The position numbers were made by a program, and so were the translations under genes. A stretch of DNA of 63,845 nt, filler included. It is 6 parts of 6 records of this genome, joined end to end, with 100 filler letters (N's around TTAATTAATTAA, not from the genome) between each part and the next. Parts side by side here need not be neighbours in the genome. Positions count along the whole stretch, not along the records: positions 25,788 to 47,855 come from SRR20825010_3171; positions 47,956 to 54,199 come from SRR20825010_3177; 4 more parts are not named here. One strand, given 5' to 3'. Shown here in pieces: positions 40,881 through 50,854 of the stretch (its first letter is position 1; each line of letters opens with the position of its first letter). The notes beneath the pieces are model-generated. The model made no database searches and was not told the DNA's origin. It worked only from the letters and a program-made list of their open reading frames with translations.

Positions 40881-41342
40881 ATGAAAAAATTACTAACAAT
40901 ATTATTGACAGCAGTCGTATCGGTGGGGCTTAACGCACAGGAGCCTAAGATTTCAGGAGCGAAATTATGGAAGACCTTGACCGAGGTCACTTATGAAATT
41001 TCTAAAGATGAATATGGAGATGTTTACCTCCCTGTATTCAGCAAGGAAATTCAGGCAGTTGAAGGTCAGGAAGTGGAAGTTGATGGCTACATTATTCCTT
41101 TCGAAGGCATGTTTAAACCTACCCAGTTGATTATTTCATCACTACCCATAAGTGAATGCTTTTTTTGTGGGTCCGGGGGGCCAGAAACAGTAATGGAAGT
41201 TACAATGAAAGAACAAATCAAATACACCACCAAACGAATCAGAATTAGGGGTAAGCTCGCCTTGAATAAGAAAGACCCAGACAAGCTGATGTATATTTTA
41301 AAGGATGGTGTTTTTGCTGGTTTAGCCTACGATAGTTACTAG
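40881..41342 (+). CDS. DUF3299-like exported protein, paralog of 37172-37615
   Basis: VDGYIIP...CFFCGSGGPET. Confidence 0.8.
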   Translation: MKKLLTILLTAVVSVGLNAQEPKISGAKLWKTLTEVTYEISKDEYGDVYLPVFSKEIQAVEGQEVEVDGYIIPFEGMFKPTQLIISSLPISECFFCGSGGPETVMEVTMKEQIKYTTKRIRIRGKLALNKKDPDKLMYILKDGVFAGLAYDSY

Positions 41343-41412
41343 CTTATTCTTTATGAAATTCCTTGGGGCTTCGCCTGTCAGAAGTTAGCTTTGCACCATA
41401 TCATTGATTGCT

Positions 41413-41817
41413 ATGAAAAGAGCTCTTTCGTTACTCGTAATTATATTATTTGTTTTTGCTTGCGCGAAAAAAGAAGACAAGTTTGAAACCCTGAAAACCG
41501 AAGTATTCGCCATCCATGATGAAGTGATGCCGAAAATGGGTGAACTGATGTCGCTTAAAAAGAAGGTGCTTGATAAGGTTGAAGGCAGCGAGAACCCAGA
41601 TGAACTTAGAGACATTGCTTTAGCTTTAGAGAAAGCGCAAGAAGGCATGATGAAATGGATGAATGATTGGAGTACCAATTCTACACCTCACGTCAACAAC
41701 GAATCCACCGAAGAGGAAAAAATGACTTTTATCAATGCTGAGATAGTGACAGTAAAAAAAGTGAAGGAAGAAATAAATAGCAGTATTGCAGCTGCCAAAG
41801 AAGTTTTGAAAAACTAG
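41413..41817 (+). CDS. Hypothetical lipoprotein with IHDEVMPKM motif
   Basis: Lipobox VFAC; His/Met-containing helical protein. Confidence 0.75.
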   Translation: MKRALSLLVIILFVFACAKKEDKFETLKTEVFAIHDEVMPKMGELMSLKKKVLDKVEGSENPDELRDIALALEKAQEGMMKWMNDWSTNSTPHVNNESTEEEKMTFINAEIVTVKKVKEEINSSIAAAKEVLKN

Positions 41818-41819
41818 TT

Positions 41820-42278
41820 TTATTGTTTTTCCGAAATGCTCTTGATTACCTCTTCTGTGGTAAAACTCCCGAGTTCATTTCCCCAAGTATTTCCAATATA
41901 AGTAAGAATTTCAGCCACTTCAATGTCAGTTAATTTAGGGTTAGCCGGCATTGGCTGATTAAACTCAACCCCATTTACCTTAATCGGGCCATGCAATCCA
42001 TACTTTATTATTCGAGGTAAATCTGCTCTTTGATTTTTTAAGTAATCAGATTTAGCCAAAGGCGGAATTAGTCGACCAAGCCCTTCTCCATTTTCCATGT
42101 GACAGTTTTGGCATATGGTTTTGTAGAGTCTTCGTCCATTGGAGTAGTATTGTGTCTCTTTCTGATCAAAGCCGTTCAGCGTACTGCTTGGCGTTTCGTT
42201 ATCTGCTGCTTTTTTACTGTCTGAGCAGCTCATAGCCAAACCGATAATGAGGGCGAATAAGAATAGCTGCTTTTTCAT
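41820..42278 (-). CDS. Monoheme cytochrome c lipoprotein
   Basis: Lipobox AMSC; CQNCH; PPLAKSD; axial Met in PMP. Confidence 0.9.
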   Translation of the reverse strand: MKKQLFLFALIIGLAMSCSDSKKAADNETPSSTLNGFDQKETQYYSNGRRLYKTICQNCHMENGEGLGRLIPPLAKSDYLKNQRADLPRIIKYGLHGPIKVNGVEFNQPMPANPKLTDIEVAEILTYIGNTWGNELGSFTTEEVIKSISEKQ

Positions 42279-42919
42279 TCGTCTTCGTATTCCTTTAGTA
42301 ATCGGTCAATGTCATTCATCAGAATATCTACAGATGCGGCCACTGTACCATCATAAAACCCTCTGACTCGTCTTTCTTTGTCAATTAAAATAAACGCGCC
42401 ACTGTGGATGAAGCCACCATCTGCTGATGCGTCTTCTCCTACTTGAACCATGTACCCAGCCGCAGTGCCCAGTTCATAGATTTCAGATTTATTACCGGTT
42501 ACAAAGTGCCATACTTTGTTGTCCATAATGCCAAGTCGCTCAGAATAGTCTTTTAAATAAGCAACAGTGTCATGATCTGGATCAATCGTGTGAGATACAA
42601 TCCCAAACTCAGGGTTCGATTCAAATCGATCATAAACACGTAGCATTTGCTGCTTCATTACAGGGCAAATGGTGGGGCAAGTGCCGAAGAAAAAGTCGGC
42701 TACGTATATTTTATTGTCAAATGTTTTAGGGGTTACCTCAACACTGTCTTGGTCCACGAAACTGTAATCTGGAATGGTGTGGTAAACGGTGTCTATTGTT
42801 CCATTGGTTTCAACATAGTCCGTTCTTCCCAAAATAGGAAGCTTAGTTGTTTGATGCGAATTACATGCGGAAAAACCGAATGCAAATACTAAAACGATAA
42901 CTGCCAATTGTTTTTTCAT
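42275..42919 (-). CDS. SCO family copper chaperone
   Basis: DFFFGTCPTICP (CxxxC), IDPDHD and HSG motifs. Confidence 0.93.
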   Translation of the reverse strand: MKKQLAVIVLVFAFGFSACNSHQTTKLPILGRTDYVETNGTIDTVYHTIPDYSFVDQDSVEVTPKTFDNKIYVADFFFGTCPTICPVMKQQMLRVYDRFESNPEFGIVSHTIDPDHDTVAYLKDYSERLGIMDNKVWHFVTGNKSEIYELGTAAGYMVQVGEDASADGGFIHSGAFILIDKERRVRGFYDGTVAASVDILMNDIDRLLKEYEDE

Positions 42920-42924
42920 ACCTA

Positions 42925-43470
42925 CTACTTTCCTTCTTTTTGATTTCTTATCCTTTTGTAAATTCTTATGCCCAACATTAAAAGAACCGCCACCAGTACA
43001 AAACCAATAGTTCCCTTAATCCAGTTGAGTTCATTCTTCAGTACGATTAAAAAGACAACGGAGATTAAGATTATCGTGGCGATTTCATTAAAGATTCGCA
43101 GTTGGGTAGAAGTGTATTTTATAATGTCGTTTTGAAGCTGTTTGTAGAGCTTATGACAGGCGAAATGATAGATGTATAAAATTAGCACAAAGCCAAGTTT
43201 GATCTGCATAAATGGCAGTGAGAGCATAGCAGGATTGCTAATAATCATCCAGCTTCCAAAAAATAGGGTGAGGGTTGCTGAAGGCCAAGTAATAATGTAC
43301 CATAATCGGTTGGACATTAACTTCAATTGAGTGCCAAGAATGGACCTGTCTGGCTCTGGTTTCCCTGAGGCTTCAACCTGATAGATGAAGAGCCTCACAA
43401 TATAGAAAAGGCCTGCAAACCAGGTGACTATAAAAATTATGTGTAATGCTTTAATGTAAGGATCAGCCAT
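42925..43470 (-). CDS. hemJ: Protoporphyrinogen oxidase HemJ
   Basis: KALHIIFIVTWFAGLFYIVRLFIY and RIFNE motifs. Confidence 0.88.
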   Translation of the reverse strand: MADPYIKALHIIFIVTWFAGLFYIVRLFIYQVEASGKPEPDRSILGTQLKLMSNRLWYIITWPSATLTLFFGSWMIISNPAMLSLPFMQIKLGFVLILYIYHFACHKLYKQLQNDIIKYTSTQLRIFNEIATIILISVVFLIVLKNELNWIKGTIGFVLVAVLLMLGIRIYKRIRNQKEGK

Positions 43471-43601
43471 TTCACTTGTTTCTGCAAAGGTAAACCTAAA
43501 ACGTTTTCGACCTAAATATTATACTAAGAAAGCGTTTGAAATGGTTGATGTACGTCAACTATTTTAGAACGAATGTTTAACTTGTTTGAAATGTAGAAAT
43601 T

Positions 43602-44069
43602 ATGAAAGCGATTTTAACACTGGCAATGACCTTTATGGTATTGGCTTTTGCCCATACCTCACCGCTTAAAGCGCAATCGGATGAGGCTATGATTAAGGAA
43701 ACAATTATGACAATGTTTAATGGAATGAGAAAAGGAGATAGCACCATGGTGCACTCAGCGTTTGTTGACAGCGCCATTATGCAGAGTATTGATAAGGACA
43801 GAACGGGAAAGTTTGTAGTGCGGGATAGTGGGTTGAATAGTTTTTTGAATGCCGTTGGGACCCCACACGATCAGGTTTGGGATGAGAAAATTGAATTTGG
43901 AAATATACTGATTGATGGGCCAATGGCATCCGTTTGGACACCATATGAGTTCCATCTTGGCGGAACATTCTCACATTGTGGAGTGAACTCTTTTCAACTT
44001 TTTAAAGGAGAAAAGGGTTGGAAGATTTTCCATTTGGTAGACACCAGGAGAAAGGAAGCCTGTAAATAG
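43602..44069 (+). CDS. NTF2-like exported protein
   Basis: MASVWTPYEF...FSHCGVNSFQL...WKI...DTRR. Confidence 0.8.
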   Translation: MKAILTLAMTFMVLAFAHTSPLKAQSDEAMIKETIMTMFNGMRKGDSTMVHSAFVDSAIMQSIDKDRTGKFVVRDSGLNSFLNAVGTPHDQVWDEKIEFGNILIDGPMASVWTPYEFHLGGTFSHCGVNSFQLFKGEKGWKIFHLVDTRRKEACK

Positions 44070-44231
44070 CTACCTCCTTCGGTTATAGTGGGCGTCAATA
44101 ATATCTCGAACAGATACCCGTTGACGATTGATTACCTCTGCAGATAGAGTACTGCTATACTTTTGAGAACTGGTCTTTGCTTTCTCTGTGTCAGACTCAT
44201 TTTGCTTGCGGTTCGGGCTAAATTGATCCAT
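44070..44231 (-). CDS. Candidate small protein, 53 aa (absent from the ORF track)
   Basis: MDQFSPNRKQ...VRDIIDAHYNRRR*; A-rich initiation region; promoter upstream. Confidence 0.5.
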   Translation of the reverse strand: MDQFSPNRKQNESDTEKAKTSSQKYSSTLSAEVINRQRVSVRDIIDAHYNRRR

Positions 44232-44284
44232 TAGTTTTTCGTTTAACTACTGTTTAAAATTTAACAAACGGGTTGAGTCTCAAC

Positions 44285-44315
44285 CAAAAGTACGCAATTG
44301 GGAATGGTAAACAAA
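44285..44315 (-). promoter_or_regulatory. Bacteroidota sigmaA-type promoter
   Basis: TTTG-N19-TACTTTTG on the minus strand. Confidence 0.65.
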
Positions 44316-44446
44316 TTTTACTGACAAGAGTCCTTTACGATCTTCGATCCGTTTAAAAGAATATGCCTATTTTATCTGCATTAAGGGATTCAAACGATTA
44401 TCTTCGTCAATACCCTACCAAAACCGATTGACCGTTGATTAATGTT

Positions 44447-44845
44447 TTATTGGGCATAAACACCTTTGAGGCCTAACTCCTCAATGTCTTGCAGCTCAAA
44501 CTCGCTAAAAGGAGTAAATATGAATTTCTTATCGAACAGCTCACCAACAATGTAATAGCTGATCCAAAATTCATTTTGAAATGAAAACACCTCTGGGCTT
44601 ACCATTTCAATAGGAGCTGTGCTTTGGGCTTCGATTGTTCCTAAAGTATGCCTTAGTGTTGATGTCTTCCTTCCTTCACCATTTGGTTTTTCTAGTCCTT
44701 TCGAAACTATAAAAACATCGGTCAGTTCAATCAAGTTTTTATTAATAACAAAAGCATGCCATTCGCTTTCTCCTAAACTATTTGTGCTTTTGGCAATTGC
44801 TATTTTAACACCGGTTACTTCAGGGAATAGGATGTCTTTTTTCAT
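44447..44845 (-). CDS. Hypothetical protein
   Basis: 132-aa ORF (KTSTLRH...NEFWISYY...DKKFIF) co-oriented with lipB. Confidence 0.75.
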   Translation of the reverse strand: MKKDILFPEVTGVKIAIAKSTNSLGESEWHAFVINKNLIELTDVFIVSKGLEKPNGEGRKTSTLRHTLGTIEAQSTAPIEMVSPEVFSFQNEFWISYYIVGELFDKKFIFTPFSEFELQDIEELGLKGVYAQ

Positions 44846-44912
44846 AACAAGATCTTGAAGGGCTTTCTTTTTGTGAGTGCAAAACTAATAATCAGAAGCT
44901 AAAACCCTTGGC

Positions 44913-46022
44913 TTATTTGAATTTCGAGAAAGAGTCGATAATCACTTGTTCGGCTTGCTTTTCCTGAGGTGTGAAATCGATATTGAATTCGCTAGAATTT
45001 CGGGATTTAGTATAGTTTGGATACCATTTCCAGATGTGCACACCCGCAAACCAAGGCTCATCCATGACTTCGTCAAAAAGGGCTTGATAAGCATTGGCCT
45101 GAGTTTCTTCTGAAAATATTTTGTTTCGCGCTTCAGCATTAATTCTCTGCGGCCATTCCCAAGGATCAATGCCCGCATCTTTAGTGCTCTTATAACCTAC
45201 CTCTGTAAAGAGGATGGGTTTATTGAATTGAATGGAAAATTCTTCCAAATCCTTGAGTGGTTTTGCCCAGCCTTTTCTAAGGTCTTCCACTGTGGGGTTT
45301 TCCTTGTCTGTTAGCGAAAAATAGCCTTGAACTCCTATGTAGTCCAGTGCATCCCAAAATTTAACATCTTGATATTCGTCTGAAAAGTTGGCCGCATAGG
45401 TAAGTGGGCCTGAGTAGATAGTTCTTATTTTAGCAATTAGGTTTCTCCAGTCTTCTTCTCTCTCAATACAGGTTTGATGTAATTCAGTGCCAATGCAAAG
45501 CATTTCCATTTGAGCGTCTTGCGCTACTTGAGCGTAGTGGAGCATAAACCCTTCATAAGCTGAAAACCACTTTTGCCAGTCTTCTTCGGTTTTCATTTTG
45601 ATTTCACCACGCCACTTCCCTTCTTGGTCGCGAAGCCAAATGTGCGGTTTCAAAATGGTTTTAATGCCGTTTTCTTTGGCGTATTGGGTGGTTTTTTTAA
45701 GTCCTTCGTCTCTTTCTCCCCACCATCCGTTTTGTTCTCCACGGCCGTGGTTTCCACCAATTTCTGGGTTGTCATACCCGCTTTGCCAGCCAAAAGGGGT
45801 TTGAGAAATCCAGTTGATGTTTTTCCCAACCAATGCTTTTATTTCGGATTCGGCAACTTCTTTAGAACTACCTACCCAGCAAACGCCCCGATGTTTTTCA
45901 TGGTTAGCAATGATAATTAATGATTTGGGGGTGGAGTAAGAGCCTGAGAAAACAAAATAGAATGCCGCAATCAAAAGGATTGGGATGATGGTAATGCCAA
46001 GTTTTTTATAATGCTTTCTCAA
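44913..46022 (-). CDS. Glycoside hydrolase family 113
   Basis: LKPHIW, CIGTEL, TYAANF, FWDALDYIGVQGYF and FTEVGYKS; start overlaps the lipB stop. Confidence 0.85.
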   Translation of the reverse strand: MRKHYKKLGITIIPILLIAAFYFVFSGSYSTPKSLIIIANHEKHRGVCWVGSSKEVAESEIKALVGKNINWISQTPFGWQSGYDNPEIGGNHGRGEQNGWWGERDEGLKKTTQYAKENGIKTILKPHIWLRDQEGKWRGEIKMKTEEDWQKWFSAYEGFMLHYAQVAQDAQMEMLCIGTELHQTCIEREEDWRNLIAKIRTIYSGPLTYAANFSDEYQDVKFWDALDYIGVQGYFSLTDKENPTVEDLRKGWAKPLKDLEEFSIQFNKPILFTEVGYKSTKDAGIDPWEWPQRINAEARNKIFSEETQANAYQALFDEVMDEPWFAGVHIWKWYPNYTKSRNSSEFNIDFTPQEKQAEQVIIDSFSKFK

Positions 46023-46741
46023 AGAATTTCCATTTGGAATACTTCAGCAATATGGTGAATTAATTTTTGCTGAATCTCTGCCATGTCTACGTTATGGCCT
46101 AGTTCTTTGTTTAGAGAAGTGACTTCTTTGTCATCTATTCCACACGGAACGATATGTCCAAAGTAACTTAAATCAGTGTTAACATTGAGGGCCAAGCCGT
46201 GCATGGTTACCCATCGGCTTGTCTTTACCCCCATTGCACATATCTTACGTGGATGTTGGGCACCTTCTTCAAAGTCAACCCAAACACCTGTAAGCCCATC
46301 AATACGGCCAGTATTCAGACCATATTCCCGTAGAGTGAGGATTACTGCTTCTTCCAGATATCTCAAATATTTATGAATATCTGTGAAGAAATTTTCGAGA
46401 TCAATTATCGGGTAAGCAACTAATTGCCCAGGACCGTGATATGTAATATCACCACCTCTGTTAATCCGATAAAATTTCGCAAAATGCTTTTCTAATCCAT
46501 GCTCATCTAAGAGCAGGTTTTCCATAGACCCACTTTTGCCAAGAGTATAGACATGAGGATGTTCACACAGAATAAGATAGTTGTCTGTAAGAGTTTGCAA
46601 TTCGGCTTTCTCAAGCTTTCTATTTTCAATTTTCCGATCCACCGTTTTCTTAAAAACAGTTTCTTGGTAATCCCATACACGTTGATAATCCTCTGCACCC
46701 AGATGGATTACCTCAACAGCCTTATTAGTTAGAATATTCAT
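46019..46741 (-). CDS. lipB: Lipoyl(octanoyl) transferase
   Basis: EHPHVYTLG, RGGDITYHGPGQ, HGLALNV and IVPCG motifs. Confidence 0.97.
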   Translation of the reverse strand: MNILTNKAVEVIHLGAEDYQRVWDYQETVFKKTVDRKIENRKLEKAELQTLTDNYLILCEHPHVYTLGKSGSMENLLLDEHGLEKHFAKFYRINRGGDITYHGPGQLVAYPIIDLENFFTDIHKYLRYLEEAVILTLREYGLNTGRIDGLTGVWVDFEEGAQHPRKICAMGVKTSRWVTMHGLALNVNTDLSYFGHIVPCGIDDKEVTSLNKELGHNVDMAEIQQKLIHHIAEVFQMEIL

Positions 46742-46775
46742 GTCTTACGCGAAACAGCTTTTATACACACACACT

Positions 46776-46967
46776 TTATTGAGCTGACACTTCAGTAGCC
46801 TCTACTTGGTCAACAGATAATACACGAACGTTTTTCGTGATCAAACGGTTGGCCTTGCGAAGGGCTGAAGTATGATTTCGCGCTGGAAACTCTTTCTTTA
46901 CCACAGTCTCATCCTTTAGGTTTAAGAAGGTGGCTTCGAAGTTTTTCATATTCTTTTTTCCAGCCAT
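46776..46967 (-). CDS. Small hypothetical protein
   Basis: ORF fills the manA-lipB gap on the same strand. Confidence 0.55.
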   Translation of the reverse strand: MAGKKNMKNFEATFLNLKDETVVKKEFPARNHTSALRKANRLITKNVRVLSVDQVEATEVSAQ

Positions 46968-46980
46968 GCCCAAAAGTAGG

Positions 46981-47855
46981 TTAAGGGAAGAAGGTTTCCA
47001 ACATTTTAAAGCCCGAATTTGTCTTAATATGTACTTCTGGAAACTTTTGTGGCACTAAAACTGCATTTCCCACTCTAATTTTTGCTGTTTGACCCAAAGT
47101 TGTGATTTCTGCTTCACCTTCAACACATACATATATTACGAACGAGTCTTTGTTGTAATGCTCGCGGATAATACCAGTCGAGAAATCTAAAAGGTTTGTT
47201 TGAAAATATTCAGACTCTACCAAAGGAACCACCTCATTGAGACTTTTTTGAACTTGAATTTTGTAGCTGGAATATGCATTATAATCTAAAGCGTCAATGG
47301 CTTCCTCCCTGTGGAGTTCTCGTTTAATTCCTTGCTCATCTGTTCGGTCAAAATCATATATTCGATAGGTGAGATCCGAAGACTGCTGAATTTCTGCAAG
47401 TAACAGTCCCTTGCCAATCGTATGCACCCTGCCTGCGGGCAAGTAGAATGCGTCTCCAGCCTTAACGGACTCTTCGTTTAGAATATCTAATAGCTTACCG
47501 CTATTCAGGCATGCTAAGTATTCTTCTTTTGAAGTATTCTTGCTGAAGCCACTAATCAGTTTAGCGCCTTTATCGGCTTGCATTACATACCACATTTCAG
47601 TTTTACCCAATGAGTTATGCCTTGCTTTGGCGAGTTTGTCATTCGGGTGAACTTGAATACTTAAATCTTTAGCCGCATCGATAAACTTGATGAGTAAAGG
47701 GAAATTGTTGCCATACTTTTCGTAGACCTTCTTACCAACGAATTCTTCCTTAAACAAGGAAGTTATTTCTGGAATAGTCATGCCTTGAAGTGGCCCCTCG
47801 CTTACTTTCGATAAATCTCCTTCGACCCCTGATATTTCCCAAGTTTCACCACAGT
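46981..47855 (-). CDS. manA: Type I phosphomannose isomerase (5' truncated)
   Basis: FPLLIKFIDA, LSIQVHP, KTEMWY and EIQQSSDLTYRIYD; frame open to the contig edge. Confidence 0.93.
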
Positions 47856-47955
47856 NNNNNNNNNNNNNNNNNNNNNNNNNNNNNNNNNNNNNNNNNNNNT
47901 TAATTAATTAANNNNNNNNNNNNNNNNNNNNNNNNNNNNNNNNNNNNNNNNNNNN
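47856..47955. other. Artificial contig linker
   Basis: N44-TTAATTAATTAA-N44. Confidence 0.99.
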
Positions 47956-47960
47956 AACCT

Positions 47961-48022
47961 CACGTAGGCGAGTTTCTCTGAGACTTGCAAATGACAGCGT
48001 CTCGGAGAGACGCTGCTACGTG
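47961..48022. repeat. GTAG-type REP-like doublet
   Basis: CACGTAG...CTACGTG ends, with an internal CAGCGTCTC-gga-GAGACGCTG hairpin. Confidence 0.6.
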
Positions 48023-48076
48023 ATCAACCCCAATGACTCCCGCTCATGTGCTTAATAGAGAATCTCTATCAAGGAA

Positions 48077-49309
48077 TCACAGCGATCGAGTTTCAGGCGT
48101 GGGTTGGGAATAAACGGTGTGCGGTCCACGTTGAATCTTGTCGCCACGAATGTGATAGACGATGCCACGCCACTTCACGCTCGTCGTCAAGAAACACTTG
48201 CAAAACCAAAACGGCGAGACGATCTGGCTGACAACGATCCAAAACGGCAGTTTCACGAGTGACGCCACGGGCAACCCATTCGTTGCGGTTTCGCGAAGGC
48301 CCCCGCTTCGATGAAAACTGGTTTCACACATCAACACCAGCACGACATTCGAAATTTCGAAGGCCAGAAATGCGAAAAACGCGACCCGCACCGATTCCAT
48401 ATCAGATTGCATCCAACCCACAATCGCGACGACCGCCGCGAGGAACGGAATGGCCGACGAAATGATGCCGTAGCCGACTGTCGCTGGCCAACTCGAATGA
48501 TAAAGCTTCGCGGTCAGCAATTGCCGAGGCACCCAGTTCATCAAATCAGAGAAGGTGCACGTTTCCCGGTTCACGACCATCACGTTGGGCACGAAGACCT
48601 GTCGGTACCCCTGACGACGCACAACTCGATCGAGCATCGTGTCTTCGCAAAAAGCATGCGACCATTTCTTCAACAAACCGGCTTCATCAACCAACTGCCG
48701 TCGAATCAGCAGACTGCCGCCCCAAGCGATCCGGAAGACGATCATGTTGATGGCGGCGGGAATGTTCCAAAGGTACCGAACCAAGGAAGCACCGGTTGGA
48801 TCCTCAGGCTGGTACCAACGATTGCCGGTCGTCACCGCCACCGTTGGGTCGTGAAGCGGTGCAGCCAGTTCAGCCAACCACGTCGGGTGTGGAACCGTGT
48901 CTGCATCGCAAAACGCGACGACCTCAAACGATGGGTCGAGCTCTCGGATCACCTGAACAATCGCGGCGCACTTCAGGCTGCATGTTTCCGGTGGATCCTG
49001 CAAGCCACTGACCCGCACTCGTTCGTCGGATTCGAATTCGCGAAGAACGGCTCGTGAAGGATCTTCTTGACTGTCCACGACCACCTGCAACTGAAACTCA
49101 GGATAATCCTGGTCGAGCAAGCTCCGCAGGCACTGCTTCAAAAACGGGTCCGCCCCGCGAAGACACAGGATGACCGCTGCCTTGGGTGTGAAGCTCTGCT
49201 CAGGCAAACGGGCTCGTCGTGACATCCACACGACGAAAATCAGTGAAAACGCAGCCTGAATCGCCACGATGACGAACACACCCCAACAAAAAGCGATGGC
49301 GATCGTCAC
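48077..49309 (-). CDS. Family 2/21 glycosyltransferase (ceramide glucosyltransferase/HpnI-like)
   Basis: CLRGADP, QDYP, FCDAD, WGGS, EDT and PRQ motifs; TM helices; GTG start inferred. Confidence 0.85.
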   Translation of the reverse strand: MTIAIAFCWGVFVIVAIQAAFSLIFVVWMSRRARLPEQSFTPKAAVILCLRGADPFLKQCLRSLLDQDYPEFQLQVVVDSQEDPSRAVLREFESDERVRVSGLQDPPETCSLKCAAIVQVIRELDPSFEVVAFCDADTVPHPTWLAELAAPLHDPTVAVTTGNRWYQPEDPTGASLVRYLWNIPAAINMIVFRIAWGGSLLIRRQLVDEAGLLKKWSHAFCEDTMLDRVVRRQGYRQVFVPNVMVVNRETCTFSDLMNWVPRQLLTAKLYHSSWPATVGYGIISSAIPFLAAVVAIVGWMQSDMESVRVAFFAFLAFEISNVVLVLMCETSFHRSGGLRETATNGLPVASLVKLPFWIVVSQIVSPFWFCKCFLTTSVKWRGIVYHIRGDKIQRGPHTVYSQPTPETRSL

Positions 49310-49469
49310 GCGGGAGTATTCCTGAAAAATCGTTGCAGTTGAAAAACAGAGGGAGACACACCCAACATCGTCGCCCACCGTCTTTCATGGAAGGTCAGGC
49401 GATCCATCGCATGTCGTGAGTTCCCAACACAACTGCCTTCAGCTTGCCGCGAAACGAGAGACAGCTTGT

Positions 49470-50852
49470 CTATCGCTTTGCTGGGATCCCGGCGCCGGTT
49501 TCCTCCAGCCATTCCGTCAAGCGACCCTTCAACTCCTGAGCCATCTCAGGTTTGTCAGCGGCCAAATCGTTCCGTTCGCTCAGATCATTCTTTACGTCAT
49601 ACAGTTCAACGGAATCATCGTCGTGACGGAGAATGAGCTTGTATTGACCACTGCGAATCACGGAACCAGGACGATTGTCTTTGTGAAACGCGAAGTGTGG
49701 GTAGTGAAAGTACAACGCATCACGCTGCAGATTGCCACCGCTGAACAACGGTTGCAATGTTTCGCCATCAAGTGATTCATCGCCGGCAAGCCCGACCCCT
49801 GCAGCATCCAAAACGGTTGCTGTCAGATCCATGCTGATCACAGGAGTTTCATTCACCGTCGCCGCTTCGGTCACGCCAGGCCAGCGAACGATCAAAGGCA
49901 CTCGCAAACCGCCCTCGAACAGATACCCCTTTCCTTTTCGCAGTGGTCGGTTGTCAGTCGCACCCGACCAACCACCGTTGTCACTGGTGAACACCACCAA
50001 GGTCTCATCCGAGATACCGAGCGAATCCAACTCACGCAGCACGCGTCCGACAGCGCGGTCGGTGGCTTCGATCTGGCCGCCGTAAATGGGGTTCTTCAGG
50101 CCGGGACCTTCTTTGCCTTTGTAGTGTTCGATCAAATCCTCCGGTGCCTCAAATGGATAGTGTGGGTTGTAAGTCCACAGGCACACGAACATCGGCTGAT
50201 CCTTCTCACGCCGCATGAAATCGATCGTTTCATCGGCCAAACGATCGCTCAGGTACTCGCCTTCTTTGCGAGGCGGCAACGCGGGAATGCGATAAGGATC
50301 AAAGTACGTCGGAGGTCCCCCTAGCCCGCAACCGCCCACGTTGACATCAAAACCATGTTCGGTTGGCCAGTACTTTTTGTCGCTGCCGAGATGCCACTTG
50401 CCAAAGAATCCAGTGGTGTACCCCGCTGCCTTCAATCGCTCCGCCATCGTCGTGGTTTCGTGAGGCAATTCATGTTTGGTCGCTGGTGGTTGAATCAAAC
50501 GATCTTCCGGCCAGAAAGATTTGCTATCTGCCCCGTGCTGAGTGATGTGCAATCTCGCGGGAGCAAGCCCTGTCATCAGAGCCGCACGGGTTGGAGAACA
50601 GACCGTGGAAGCCGCGTAGGCGTTGTCGAAACGCACCCCTGATTCTGCCAATGCATCGATGTTGGGCGTCCGCAACACGTCGTTGCCCTGGCAGTGCAAA
50701 TCCTTCCATCCCATGTCATCCGCCATGATGAACAGGATGTGCGGTTGCGCCGCTGTCATGGTTGGAATCAAGCAAGCATTCAAGCAAGACGCCAACAGCA
50801 ACCCCATCCACAAACGCATCGTTCGAGTCTCATTGATGTTCGTAGTTCTCAT
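49470..50852 (-). CDS. Sulfatase (Cys-type, S1)
   Basis: ADDMG, CSPTRAALMTG, GKWHL, SDNGG and EGGLRVP motifs. Confidence 0.95.
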   Translation of the reverse strand: MRTTNINETRTMRLWMGLLLASCLNACLIPTMTAAQPHILFIMADDMGWKDLHCQGNDVLRTPNIDALAESGVRFDNAYAASTVCSPTRAALMTGLAPARLHITQHGADSKSFWPEDRLIQPPATKHELPHETTTMAERLKAAGYTTGFFGKWHLGSDKKYWPTEHGFDVNVGGCGLGGPPTYFDPYRIPALPPRKEGEYLSDRLADETIDFMRREKDQPMFVCLWTYNPHYPFEAPEDLIEHYKGKEGPGLKNPIYGGQIEATDRAVGRVLRELDSLGISDETLVVFTSDNGGWSGATDNRPLRKGKGYLFEGGLRVPLIVRWPGVTEAATVNETPVISMDLTATVLDAAGVGLAGDESLDGETLQPLFSGGNLQRDALYFHYPHFAFHKDNRPGSVIRSGQYKLILRHDDDSVELYDVKNDLSERNDLAADKPEMAQELKGRLTEWLEETGAGIPAKR

Positions 50853-50854
50853 GA

